Program-made: the position numbers and the translations under genes
Notes under the pieces: generated by a model
What the model was told of the DNA's origin: nothing
What the model saw: the letters and a program-made list of their open reading frames with translations, nothing else
Databases searched by the model: none
Assembly: GCA_964016885.1 (NCBI GenBank)
Contig: OZ024740.1
Coordinates: forward strand, 113,832,001 to 113,896,000
Reading direction: 5' to 3'
DNA length: 64,000 nucleotides
From: Eledone cirrhosa
Lineage: Eukaryota
In this document: in pieces, positions 1 through 12,623 of the stretch
Layout: each line of letters opens with the position of its first letter
How positions within the stretch are numbered: position 1 is the first letter of the stretch

Positions 1-101
1 TTATGCTGTTCTTTGGTTTTGGTTAAATCAAAATAGCATTCAAGCTGCAAAAACCATAACTTGATGTCGCCTGCGAAGGACGGCAAATGATGTTGATTCA
101 T
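1..101 (-). CDS. gag: Gypsy gag N-terminus, partial
   Basis: Manual translation gives MNQHHLPSFAGDIKLWFLQLECYFDLTKTKEQH. This resembles the LPxF...LWFxQxExxF motif that starts many Gypsy gag proteins. It is absent from the ORF track because it runs off the window. Confidence 0.6.
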   Translation of the reverse strand, partial: MNQHHLPSFAGDIKLWFLQLECYFDLTKTKEQH

Positions 102-348
102 GATGCCGAAAGATTTGATGAATTTTTAAGGCCAAATTTTTTATTCGAAGCAGCTATGCGAACAAAAAATGACACTGTAATCCAAAACCTTATTTTGCTA
201 ATTCAACTGAAATTCTTTTTGAAAATTCTCGCCGGCCAAAATATAATTTGCATAATAAAAAAAATTATTTTCCACGAAAATTATTTGGTAAGAAAATCCC
301 AAGATGGCTGATTGAAAAATGTGTTTGTGATTTATATCCAGAGAAATC

Positions 349-383
<35 letters not shown>

Positions 384-644
384 AGAAGTTGATGCAGAAG
401 GAAAAATATTGTTCACACAAAGACAATATACCAAACAACAACGGGCCTGAATTCCATATATATATGTGCAGTGTCGCACACTTTGTACATAAAATAAATA
501 TCATTGTTGATAAAACGCTGGATGAGTTGTGATAATTTTTTTTTTGTTTTTATCTAACTATGCTTGCAAGGCAGGTCAGAAGGGGATACAATTCAGCAAT
601 ACAGAAGAATTTTAAACACAGAAGAATTTTAAAAATTGTTCTTA

Positions 645-657
645 GTCGGCGTCACCA
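645..657 (-). promoter_or_regulatory. Primer-binding site, tRNA-Trp-like
   Basis: Minus strand reads TGGTGACGCCGAC, one mismatch from the TGGTGACCCCGAC PBS complementary to the tRNA-Trp 3' end. Confidence 0.7.
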
Positions 658-658
658 A

Positions 659-1137
659 TTTACAAAAATGATATATCGTCTATGTGTGTGAACGACATCT
701 CATCTCTCTAAGATTATTAATTAAAACAGAAGGGCTTTAACGATAACAAGGCTAATCTTTTATTAAATGATTTATTTAATAAAACACAACATAATAATTA
801 CATTCATAGGACATACCCTGCAAGCTAAACGGCAATGGCTTAATTCTTACATTCAAGAAGAGATATGAAAATCTCTTGGTCAAAAAGAGGCGTTTTTACA
901 AAGTACGCCCACGTGGCAGGACAAAGGCGACTGGAATTGAAAACCAAATCTCTTGAGTTTTACATTGGCGTCTCTTCTTTTAGAGAACGCCGAGATAAGG
1001 GAAGTAATCCGCTATTTTTTTGTGTTACCCACAGGTGGCGACACTGCGTTGCTATAGTCAACACACTGTCGCCATAGTTACTACACGTCTAATTGGCATT
1101 GTCGGTAACTATGCTGGGGATCGGTTCTTCCTCTATA
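659..1137 (-). repeat. Putative 5' LTR; boundaries approximate
   Basis: Lies directly upstream of the PBS, with minus-strand AATAAA motifs near 759-777. Termini are degenerate (TATAGAG instead of TGTAGAG). The partner LTR is not in the window. Confidence 0.5.
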
Positions 1138-1562
1138 TCTCTTCGTCAGTTCTCTCTATTTCTCACTCTCATTCTTTCTATGGAGGAACACAGAGGGACA
1201 CACAGGGGTATAGACATGCCCGGGTTGAATACATACATGCACAAATTAAACAGAAATAAATTAGTAAACGACACAATGACGAAATACTATAATTTAACGC
1301 TTGAGTTGTAGTCTTTCATCAGAAATTAGAATGAGACTAAAAATATGAAATAGAGAGACAAATAGTACGAAGAGGAAGAAACGGAAAGAAATATTTGAAA
1401 AGAAACACACGTGCCATCTGGAGTGAAATGCACACACACACACAACATATATATGTGTATGTGTGTTTTATTAGTAGACTATCAGTGAAAGAGGTGGATA
1501 AAGTGGATATCAGATTACAAGGGATGGCAAAAATGGAATGGCGATGTTAAGAGCGAATAAAC

Positions 1563-1565
<3 letters not shown>

Positions 1566-1652
<87 letters not shown>

Positions 1653-1771
1653 TGAGAGAGAGAGAGAGAGAGAGAAATGGAAAAATGCGGAATTATATTT
1701 TCTTTCATAATATAGTTTCAAAATTCTTTGGATTATTTGACATTCATGGCGCAGAAATTCAATAACACGTT

Positions 1772-1831
<60 letters not shown>

Positions 1832-1841
1832 AAGAAGAAGA
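1566..1841. repeat. (GA)n, (TAG)n and (GAA)n microsatellites
   Basis: Directly visible simple repeats. Confidence 0.95.
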
Positions 1842-2004
1842 ATATAGAGTTTGATTTAGTTTTAAATTATGTGGCAAAATCTAAACACACACATACACAG
1901 ATACACACTGACACATACGCACACAAACACATATAAAACACATATAAACACACACATATATTTATATATGTCTGTGTGTCTGTGATCTGTGTCAGTGTGT
2001 ATCA

Positions 2005-2043
<39 letters not shown>

Positions 2044-2053
2044 GATACACACT

Positions 2054-2093
<40 letters not shown>

Positions 2094-2335
2094 TATGTGT
2101 GTGTGTGTATGTGTGTGTAATAGAAAGAAATGTGAATATGAAATATATATCAATATCAGTTTTGACATATCTGAATATATTTTCAATTAGTATTTTGTTA
2201 TCGAAATATCAACACCGGAATTTTTGTGGGGGCTTCCACCATCATACTATTGAAATGTAACGTGTATTAGCAGCGTAATAAATGTTATATTAAATTATAG
2301 TGCAGTTCCTTTTTTTTCTAACTAAGATGCATCTA

Positions 2336-2409
<74 letters not shown>

Positions 2410-2460
2410 TAATACAACCCTCTTTTTCTCTCTCTCTCTCCCTCTCTCTCGCGCTCGCTT

Positions 2461-2509
<49 letters not shown>

Positions 2510-2835
2510 GTTGATGTATGTAAATGAAATACACAATGTATACAAACAAAAATCAGATGTAACAAATAGAAATGAAAATAATAAATAAAGAAGAATTATT
2601 TCTTCCAACGACCTCATCTTAAAAGCTTTACTTTTTACTGTTTATTTAGAAAAAAGAAAAAAAATCTATTTTTCTCGGTTGTTTCTTCCGTTATTTTATG
2701 AAGGTAACAGGCATGGAGAAAAATTTACATTTAGAATCTTGTCACACCGCTGAATCAAAAGCAATTTGATTCGTTTCTTCACATTTTCTCCCATCAGATT
2801 TGTCGACTCAGCTTTGTGGTTAGAGTGAAACAGAT

Positions 2836-3427
<592 letters not shown>

Positions 3428-4587
3428 TTCAAGCAAATGATGTTGGCGATAAGCATTACTCATGTCAATACAATGTCGTATATTTCTTACTTGACTTAAT
3501 TATGATCTATGGTTTTAAATTGATGTTTTAGGCTTTTAAAAAGAAAGAATTTTAGCATTTTTAACATTTATTTCTATATATCTTTCCCCTTTCATACTAG
3601 CAAAGTGTTATCTGTCTATACTTTGTTTTATGCATCAAGAATTTAATCATTTTTTTATATTGTGCCTTCATTTTTTATTTTTTTTTTGTGATTTGTTGGT
3701 ATTTTTCATCGCCGCTCTTTTTTCTTAAATCCTATAAATATGTATACGCTGCTTAACTTTGAAAATTATATATCAATTGACCACTATTTTCTTTTACTTT
3801 ATACAGTTATATTCTTTGAGTTTGTTTATAATTTGGTAGCTCAAAATATATTTGGAACACTTTAATCCAGTGAAAAAAGAAAGTAAAATAGAAGAGGAAA
3901 TGGAGATGATAAGCTAAAATGTAGAAATGCAAGGAACAACATTAGAGTAAACAAGAATTTTAAACAAAGAGATACGAAGAAAAAAAATACATTCTTCTGG
4001 AATGAATTTTTAGTAGGAATTTCGTGTAATGGTTTATCAACCGATAATTAACAGCAATCTCTTCAAGAACGTGAAACTTAACTTTAAGGTGAATGTGTTT
4101 TATTCCATTAGGCGTTGAGACAACATTGAATTGTATATTCTGATTATCACACATAGTGATAAACATCCCGGCCTTATACACACACGGACACAGATACACA
4201 GGTAAATATAACAAATACATACATATATATATATACATATATATATGTGTTATATATATATATGTATATATATATGTGTGTATGTATGTAAAAGGTAAAC
4301 AGTAATAACAACACAATATGTGTGTGTAGGCGTTACAATTAATGGTAGCATAGCATGCTGGCAATCATGAAGGGCTGGGTTCGAGCCCAAACACGTGCTA
4401 GCAGCTGAAGTGTATGATAAAGTATATCAACATAAATACAGTGTGTAACCGAGATTGCACCAACATGTATAAATATATACACAAATTTAATATGTAAGTC
4501 TGTAAACACGTCAGATAGTACGAATGTCCCTGTAAACTGAAAAGATGAAACGAATATCTTATTTTCTTGCATATTTAGACGCCTACG

Positions 4588-4645
<58 letters not shown>

Positions 4646-4732
4646 CGAAGGAAATGTGGTAAGGAACCAGGTGGACCATAACGCACCAAAGTACTCAATA
4701 CTTAGGGTAGTAGAGTGGGTAATAGGAACTAC

Positions 4733-4832
4733 TAGGACCCCGACGGCTGAGCTCAAGCCGTTTCGACGGCTAATTCTGGACTAGTCCAGAATTAGCCGTC
4801 GAAACGGCTTGAGCTCAGCCGTCGGGGTCCTA
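4733..4832. repeat. Perfect 100-bp palindrome containing the 3' half of a hammerhead-like motif
   Basis: Two 50-bp arms centred on ACT|AGT at 4782/4783. Each arm reads GAAA-CGGCT-TGAGCTC-AGCCG-TC, i.e. GAAA, stem III, UC. Confidence 0.85.
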
Positions 4833-4838
4833 CTCGTT

Positions 4839-4919
<81 letters not shown>

Positions 4920-4926
4920 CATATAT

Positions 4927-4961
<35 letters not shown>

Positions 4962-4999
4962 GTATATATTATATATATGTATATATATATATGTATATA

Positions 5000-5067
<68 letters not shown>

Positions 5068-5090
5068 TATATATAAACACATATATACAT

Positions 5091-5154
<64 letters not shown>

Positions 5155-5299
5155 CCAAAGATTAATATGCTTCGTTGATTACTCTATGAATACAATTTTA
5201 CAATAGATTAAAAGCACTCAACAGTTCGTTTTCCGGGAGTTTTTTAATATTATTCAAAATATTAACAAATGAAACATATACACATAATACAATATATGC

Positions 5300-5360
5300 T
5301 TTATTATATATATTTCAAAGACACTGTATTGTATTTTTCAGTACGTCTTCATCAGATAAA
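5300..5360 (-). ncRNA. Minimal type I hammerhead ribozyme (inverted copy)
   Basis: Minus strand: TTTAT-CTGATGA-AGAC..ACTG..CAGT-GTCT-TT-GAAA-TATATA-TA^-ATAAA. Confidence 0.7.
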
Positions 5361-5447
5361 ACAAATGATTTGATATATGACATACCGCTACGGTCTGGAA
5401 TTGCATAACCAAGACCGTAGCGGTATGTCATATATCAAATTATATAT

Positions 5448-5507
5448 TTTATCTGATGAAGACGTACTGAAAAAACAACACAGTACCTTTGAAATATATA
5501 TAATAAA
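5448..5507 (+). ncRNA. Minimal type I hammerhead ribozyme
   Basis: TTTAT-CTGATGA-[stem II containing GTACTG/CAGTAC]-GAAA-TATATA-TA^-ATAAA. Stem I is TTTAT/ATAAA and stem III is palindromic. Confidence 0.7.
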
Positions 5508-5553
5508 TCATATATTTTGATTATGTGATTATCTTTCATTTGTTAATATTTTG

Positions 5554-5607
<54 letters not shown>

Positions 5608-5632
5608 CTATATATATATATAAATATATATA

Positions 5633-5703
<71 letters not shown>

Positions 5704-5705
5704 CT

Positions 5706-5813
<108 letters not shown>

Positions 5814-6032
5814 ATACACATTGGTTGAGTCCCGGTTACAAACACTGTATTCATACAGATATAACCTCATATATATATATATATGTATACAAGCAAAAAG
5901 GATATTCAATTTGTTGGTAATTCAACAAATATAAATGCTTATAACTGTTTCAAAGCACTCAACATGTTTTCTGGAGTATAATATTCATTGATATTAAATA
6001 ATTGGAAACTATATTTATAAAACAATATTTAT

Positions 6033-6088
6033 TCTATTATATATATTTCAAGGGTACCAAAACTTTTGTACGCACTCATCAGATAAAA
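6033..6088 (-). ncRNA. Minimal hammerhead motif, diverged relative of the 5.3-5.5 kb pair
   Basis: Minus strand: TTTTAT-CTGATGA-GTGCGTAC..GTACCCTT-GAAA-TATATA-TA^-ATAGA. The neighbouring AAAGCACTCAACA (~5952) also matches ~5211. Confidence 0.55.
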
Positions 6089-6166
6089 TACAAAGTTTGT
6101 TTTATAAATATTGACATAACCAGGAGGTAGAACTTAACGGTTCAAGCTTTTCATATATATATATAT

Positions 6167-6804
6167 ATAAATTAAGAAAAGCAGAACAAACAAACATTAA
6201 ACAATTCTTTAAAACATTTAAAAAATCATTTAAATATTTACCCGTCCATAATGCGGCGGTTTCGCTTTACAAACGGTTAGAGATTCGGAGAATTTCTAAC
6301 GGAAAAGTAAAGTTCATCAGATAGCTATTTCCATACAGTAGGAACTAGTCCCACAGTCTGCAAATGTATTGCCAGCTACCAGCTAGGCCGTTAAAATGAC
6401 CCACACATGAACTGGTCACTAGAAAAAGCGGGAATATTACAGATTCGTTGATGGCTATACTGCTAAAAAAAATAGCAGTAAGCAGCAACGAATTTTTTTC
6501 TCGACATAGATAGGAGAATTCATAAAATGAGGTAAATATCTCTCTGAGTACTAAGTACCCATAGAGATATATAGTGTGTCTATAATATAATTGGTGTTCA
6601 ATGGTACTAATTCGAGATACTAGAACTATAAAAATTAAGAAGAGCAGAACAAACAAACATTAAACAATTCTTTAAAAAAATTTAAAACATGATTTAAATA
6701 TTTACCCGTTCATAATGGTATTACCGGCTGTTTCGCTTTACAAATGGTTAGAGATTAGGAGAATTTTTAACGGAAAAGTAAAGTTCATCAGATATATATA
6801 TATC

Positions 6805-6848
<44 letters not shown>

Positions 6849-6897
6849 TGTATGGAAATAACTATCTGATGAACTTTACTTTTCCGTTAGAAATTCT
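6167..6897 (-). mobile_element. Small non-coding element with two ~160-bp direct repeats, each with a hammerhead core, plus an inverted fragment (PLE/retrozyme-like)
   Basis: Repeats at ~6167-6323 and ~6629-6793. Minus strand reads TAT-CTGATGA-(A)CTTTAC...GTAAAG(C)-GAAA-CAGCCGG-TA^-ATA. An inverted partial copy lies at 6847-6897 and (TA)n flanks both sides. Confidence 0.6.
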
Positions 6898-7381
6898 ATA
6901 TAATATATATATATATATGTATGTAAAAGGTACAAGAAGGAGGTAAATATTTATTACATTATATTATCTATCACTTGTTTTACCACTGTTACACAATCAT
7001 CTACAAGAGAGTAAATAACGAAAAAAAAATACTCTTATTTAGCTCTCGTAGATGATTGCATAACAGTGAAGAAACAATGTAATAAATATATCTTCAAATC
7101 CCTCCTACTTTCTTGCCTGTTTTCTTCTTTAAATACTCTTTTCATACTAAATTATTTCATGAATTATTAGAGATTGTACCATACTTGAAGATTCAACACC
7201 CGGATACTTGTGTTACATAACCCCATCAACACCGCCGAGAACAACTATTTGGTAGGCCCTTTATTTCACATTTTGTCTACATATTCAATCGACACATAGC
7301 CGAAGTAATCAACATAAATTGAAACTTATTTATCTTTCTTCACACACACACACACACACGCACACACACACACACACACAA

Positions 7382-7507
<126 letters not shown>

Positions 7508-7598
7508 TATGTAAAAGGTAAAGAAAAATAACAACACAATCGGTACAGTATATGGAAGGAATATATTAGGTTAACGCTTGAAATAGCAAGAAGAGGGT

Positions 7599-7632
7599 CT
7601 TAACGTTTCGGACGCTAGGCCTTCATCGGAAG
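7599..7632 (-). ncRNA. Variant minimal hammerhead motif
   Basis: Minus strand: CTT-CCGATGA-AGGCCTAGCGTCC-GAAA-CG-TT-AAG. The core has CCGA instead of CUGA. Confidence 0.4.
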
Positions 7633-7679
7633 AAAGAATGAGAATTCAGAGAGATTAAGAGGACGGACGGGTTGGAATG

Positions 7680-8335
7680 GGAAAAAATGTCTTTAGATAA
7701 AAATAACAGGTCCATTCATGTTGACATCTCTAACCAGCAAATTGCTCAATTACGGAGTTTGAATACTCGGTCACAAATATCATCAAACAACAATGGAATG
7801 GTTGCTGCGCCATATCGAATCACTCTAGGTTGGGCAGTTTTCAACAAGAACAAAAAAGTACTAACATTAAAATGACTTTCCTACCATTTGAAGGCTAAGA
7901 TCTTTGATACTTACATCCTACCAGTTGTGTTATATGGTATTGACTGTGTTAATTGGACTACAAGGTCACTTCGGAAGCTCTCTACATTCCAGAACCACAT
8001 CATGAGACTTATGACTGATAAGCGGCTCAGTGACCGTATCTGTATCAAGTCGCTGCTCAACATTACCAGACTAAGACCAATTACATCAATTGTAAAGTCA
8101 AGAGTACTAAAACTATACAGCCATATGAAGAGATCAACACGTAGTGTGTGTAGGTTATGCCTGTAAGGAAGGTTGGCTGAGAAGCCGAGTCCGGCAGTCA
8201 AAACGATGGCTTGACAACGTCAATTCATGGACTGGATTTGATATTTGCTCTTTGAACCCTGTTGCTGGTGATCGAACTTTGTGGAGAGAGATATCACATG
8301 TTAAAGCGCAGTCTGCAACTGGCGGAGTTTAGCGT
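7680..8335 (+). mobile_element. RTE-type LINE 3' fragment, degenerate RT C-terminus
   Basis: RITLGWAVF...KAKIFDTYILPVVLYG..NWT...FQNHIMR and ...KRWLDNV..WTG...DRTLWR, with stops and frameshifts. Confidence 0.75.
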
Positions 8336-8339
8336 CATA

Positions 8340-9229
8340 TACGAAGTGTGTCAGAAAAGTTCCAGGACTGATGTCACAACAGATTTATTTCAAACCCAAA
8401 CTTTACTCTAAGAGTTTTCTCCTTCAAAGTAATCCCCCTGGAGTCTAATGCACTTTTCCATCTTTTTCTGCCACGCTTGCATGCACTCCTGGAAGGATTC
8501 TTCCGGGATCCTCCGCAGTTCCGTCGTCACGGCCTTTTTGATGTCGTCCACGTATTCAAAACGGGTCCCCTCCGGGTCGTACTCGAAGATCCATGACTCA
8601 TCACACGTGATGACTGTCCCTAGCAAGTCTGTTTCTGTTTCAAGACGCTCGAGGGTGTCCAGGCACAATTGCATGCGTCGACCCTTCTGGTCAGCGTTCA
8701 GCAGTTTTGACATCATCCTCGCGCAGACTTTCCGCATGTCCAAATCTTCAGTGAGAATCTTCCAGACGCTGTCCCGATTCATGCCCAGCTCATTTGCCAT
8801 CAGTCGAACAGTCAGCCGACGATCGTTACGCACCATCTGCCTGACGCGCTCAACGTTGACCTCAGTCCTCGTTGTTGAGGGCCTTCCGCTCCAGGGGGCA
8901 TCTTGCACCACTCAAAAACACGTGAGCGTGACATCGTCTCATCTCCATACACTTGCTGCAGCAATCACAGTGCTACTGACGGAGTTTTCCCCAACCGTAC
9001 CAGAAACTTCAAGTTTGTTCGTTGCTCTGTGCTCATTGCTTGTTGACCTGAAATAGAGGACATGTATATAAAATTATGAAGAAAAAGATTTGATCGCTGC
9101 AGAGACCTAATATTACAGTTACATACTCCAGGGGGATTACTTTGAAGGAGAAAACTCTTAGTGTGAAGTTTGGGTTTGAAATAAATCTTTTGTGACATCA
9201 GTCCTGGAACATTTCTGACACACCTCGCA
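8340..9229 (-). mobile_element. Internally deleted Tc1/mariner transposon with ~105-bp inverted repeats and TA flanks
   Basis: Inverted repeats at 8340-8444 and 9125-9229, with TA on both sides. Confidence 0.9.
8408..9036 (-). pseudogene. Mariner transposase remnant
   Basis: MSTEQRTNLKFLVRLGKT, DAPWSGRPST, DRRLTVR, ITCDESWIFEYDPE joined directly to GTRF...GDYFEG. Most of the catalytic domain is deleted. Confidence 0.9.
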
Positions 9230-9247
9230 TATATATATGTGTGTGCG

Positions 9248-9290
<43 letters not shown>

Positions 9291-9924
9291 ACAAAGACAT
9301 TCTGTGCTCAAATCCCCCACCCCCATCCCCCTTGTATAGTCTGGGAGAAATTAGACCAAGAATTGTGAACGGCAGAAAATTTCGTCAATGGAAGAACCAA
9401 TGGAAACTTTGTCTCCTTTATTCAATCCCCATACGTTTCTCCTTTTTTATTTCATGAATACGACAAAAAAAAAAAAAATTATGGCCTGTCATGCAAATGT
9501 CTCAGGGTTGAACAAAAAGGCTAGTGCTTCACTCCGGCAGTTGATGAAAGAGAGGACCTGAAGTAACGATCATCCGGATGCCATTTATATCACAAATGCA
9601 GTGTGTATGGATTTAGTTTAAGGGCTAATGACACCAGATGTCACCACCCCTGATGATTCGACAAATAGCTCTGAGAGAGCAGCCTATATTTTGTATGTTT
9701 GTAAACGTCAATATGTCAGGCGACGAAGACTACGTCTTTCACTGATTTACTTTCGTACATAATATCGATTCCAGTCTCATGTTCAGGATCAGCTGCGGTG
9801 GAACTCTTGCGGACTCTACTTTTAAAAACACTGTTGATTGAATAAGTCCTTTATTTATATTTTTATCATCTGATACTTTATATTTCCCGTGAACAATATT
9901 ATATATATTCTCTAGTCGATCGAC

Positions 9925-10128
9925 TTTCGTCAAATCGGACCGAGGAAACTATGTTTCCGTTGGTCTTTCCAATTGCTAATACTATCTATCGGTCGCAACT
10001 CCAGGTAGAAGGAGCAACGTGAAATAAAGTGTCTTGCTCAAGGACATAACGCATCGCCTGGTTCAGGAATCGAACTCACAACCTCACGATTGTGAATCCA
10101 ATACTCTAACCACTCAGCCACACGCCTT
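9925..10128 (-). mobile_element. tRNA-derived SINE with a CORE-like segment
   Basis: Minus strand has an A box (TGGCTGAGTGG), a B box (GTTCGATTCC), then TCCTTGAGCAAGACACTT. The 3' boundary is approximate. Confidence 0.75.
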
Positions 10129-10156
10129 CATATATATAATATATATAATATATATA

Positions 10157-10270
10157 ATATAGAAATGGCTTCTACAGGAGTAGAACTGTTTCATTCGGGA
10201 GAAATCCTCAGTTTCCTGATGATTTCTCCCGAAAGAAACATTTCTAGTCCTGTAGAAGCCATTTCTATAT
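10157..10270. repeat. Fold-back element with overlapping divergent hammerhead motifs
   Basis: Near-perfect inverted repeat. The plus arm has a complete minimal hammerhead, and the minus arm reads CTGAGGA-TTTCTCCCGAAT-GAAA-CAG..CTG-TA-GAA. Confidence 0.75.
10213..10257 (+). ncRNA. Minimal type I hammerhead ribozyme
   Basis: TTC-CTGATGA-TTTC(TCCC)GAAA-GAAA-CA(TTTCTAGTCC)TG-TA^-GAA. All three stems can close. Confidence 0.7.
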
Positions 10271-10350
10271 CAAAATATTTATATGCTGCGATGTATTGAG
10301 TACCTTACCTACTATGGTTACCCCCCCCCTCCCCTCCCATTCAATATGGG

Positions 10351-10388
<38 letters not shown>

Positions 10389-11142
10389 TTATACATATAT
10401 ACATATACACATATATATATGTGTGTGTGTATGTGTGTGTGTGCGTGTGTTCACATATATATATATATATATATATATCTGTGTGTGTGTGTGTGAGAGT
10501 ATTTATGTACATGCGTTGGCGAAATGCAGCGACCCAGTGATTTAATTGTATCGTTGCATCGGAAACCTATAATTAACTATGTTATTATGCACAAAATCAT
10601 CATATACAAAAAATAGATACGTCAATAGACATGACTGCATTGTTAAGGAGTTCGCCTCACGATCATGTGGTTCTTTGTTCAGTCCAGCAATGTGGTTACT
10701 TGGCCAAGTGTCTTCTACAATATATAATCTCCAATACATTGGTAGTGGAATTCGAGACTCCCCCCTCTCTCTCTCTCCCTCTACATACATACATGATGGC
10801 TGCCCCTCGTTATCGAGTATGGCCATTGATATTTTTTTTAAGTTAGGAAAGACTGTGCACTGAGCCAATCCCACTCTCTGAGCGACAGTAGCTATAATCC
10901 GAAAAGAAGAAAAGTTCAACATCATCGGTAAATACTGAGCCGCAGGTTTTATATTGGAGTTATCCCTGTTTCCTGAGTTGCTATCTCCTAGAAGAATGCC
11001 CTGAGAAAGGCTGGGGGTCCTTCACTCCCAGTGGTTTAACCGCGCTATCGGGTGTCCAGCCCGACTATTTCATTGTCCCCGCGCATATACATACACATGC
11101 ACACATATACATATACATACACATGTACATATTTACACACTT

Positions 11143-11402
11143 TGGGATGGCCGTTGACTCTTATGAGTTCTCCCGCCCTTTGTCAGGTTTTGTTTTTTGT
11201 CCTGCACGGTGCCCAAAATTCCCCTCCTCACCAAGTAAACTAAATGGGGATGCCGGTTTAGTCGCCGACGACCCGACCATGCGGCAGGTTGTACTCGGTT
11301 AAATGTTACCAGTCGCACTCAAGAGTGACCCAACATGCATACATACATACATACATACATACATACATACATACATACATACATACATACATACATACAT
11401 AC
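11143..11402 (+). mobile_element. Probable retroposon 3' end with (ACAT)n tail
   Basis: A GC-richer ~190-bp block ending abruptly in a long (ACAT)n tract. Family not recognised. Confidence 0.35.
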
Positions 11403-11404
11403 AC

Positions 11405-11463
<59 letters not shown>

Positions 11464-12502
11464 TCTTATGCAAACGAAACGTAGTCATATAATTTGTGCA
11501 CAGATGGAAGGCGAAACGTCATATAAAAGTTGCATTCCTCGAATAACTGTATTAAAGAGTGGATATATCCAGACTATTACTCTCACACACAACAAAATAA
11601 ACACACCTCATCTTAAGAACACTTTGTGTGAGTAAACACTTCAATATAGAGGGGCTCTCTAATTACGTCCACTTGCTACTCTCCCAACCACACTTTTATA
11701 GTTCTCTATTTTATTCGATCTATCATTTTTCTAATTTCCTACAAACAGGAAATAATTGAGGTGTCATTCTAAAAAATATGTTTTGCTTCCTCATTTTACT
11801 CTTCCTACACATTTAATTATTATTGTCTATTTCTTGGGAATTCTTTCATAAAAGGGGATTTGTCTAAATGCAATCATTCTAAGATGGCGAAACCGAACAC
11901 CTGAGAGGGTCTATTAGGCTTACTCCACGAAATCGTTTATTCGGAAAAAAGATGTATATATATATATATATATATATCAATGGTGGTGAATGAACATAGC
12001 CTCAGCCTGTCGGCTGGAAGTCGTAATATACACATATACACACACACACATATATATATTTATATGTGTGTGTGCATGTGTGTGTGTGTGTGTGTGTATG
12101 TGTGTGTGTCCATATCTCTGTGTTTATGTCCCTAATTTAGTGGTTTGGCAAAAAAGAGCTTGATGTAATTTAAAATTATGTACTAGGATCGACTAAATCA
12201 AGTGAATGACTTCCTACTATGACCACAGTCTAATGCCAAACAAAGCTGCAAAACGAAATAAAAGAATAAATGAATTAATGTTTCAAGCATCCTGTTCTCT
12301 TTTAGGTAAATACGGATGGAACTAGATGAAACACATAAAAGAGGAAAATATCCGGAATATTTTCGTCGAATAAAATATATCTAAAATAAAATACAATTAA
12401 ATTTGTGTGATTCTTTATACAGGACAGAAGAAAATAAGACGAGGCATACAAATAAAAGGGAAATTATCGACGTAAATTGAAAAACGACTGCTAAAATTGT
12501 TA

Positions 12503-12545
<43 letters not shown>

Positions 12546-12564
12546 TTTTCTAATATTGATAATG

Positions 12565-12622
<58 letters not shown>
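12503..12622. repeat. (AAT)n microsatellite, unoccupied
   Basis: Two AAT runs split by a short AT-rich spacer, with no adjacent element end. Confidence 0.95.

Positions 12623-12623
<1 letters not shown>

Larger units (their letters stand above)
1..1137 (-). mobile_element. 5' part of a Ty3/Gypsy LTR retrotransposon (LTR, PBS, leader, start of gag); continues beyond the left edge
   Basis: In minus-strand order: an LTR-like block with AATAAA signals, then a PBS (TGGTGACGCCGAC), then an ATG at 101 opening a gag-like peptide. Confidence 0.65.
5248..5560. mobile_element. Fold-back element, probably derived from a Penelope-like pLTR, with two divergent hammerhead motifs
   Basis: Imperfect inverted arms of ~150 bp around a ~15-nt loop near 5397-5411. 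Each arm has a CTGATGA...GAAA core. A (TA)n tract adjoins the right end. Confidence 0.7.

Noticed and set aside
6963-7085. Inverted repeat with TAGATGA...GAAA resembling a hammerhead
   Set aside because: The core is mutated and stem II is weak. At most it is a decayed relic.
10050-10128. tRNA gene
   Set aside because: A and B boxes are present, but there is no proper acceptor stem and it runs into a CORE-like body, so it is a SINE head.
10830-11080. Possible 3' end of an RLE-type retroelement
   Set aside because: Translations gave no convincing motif.
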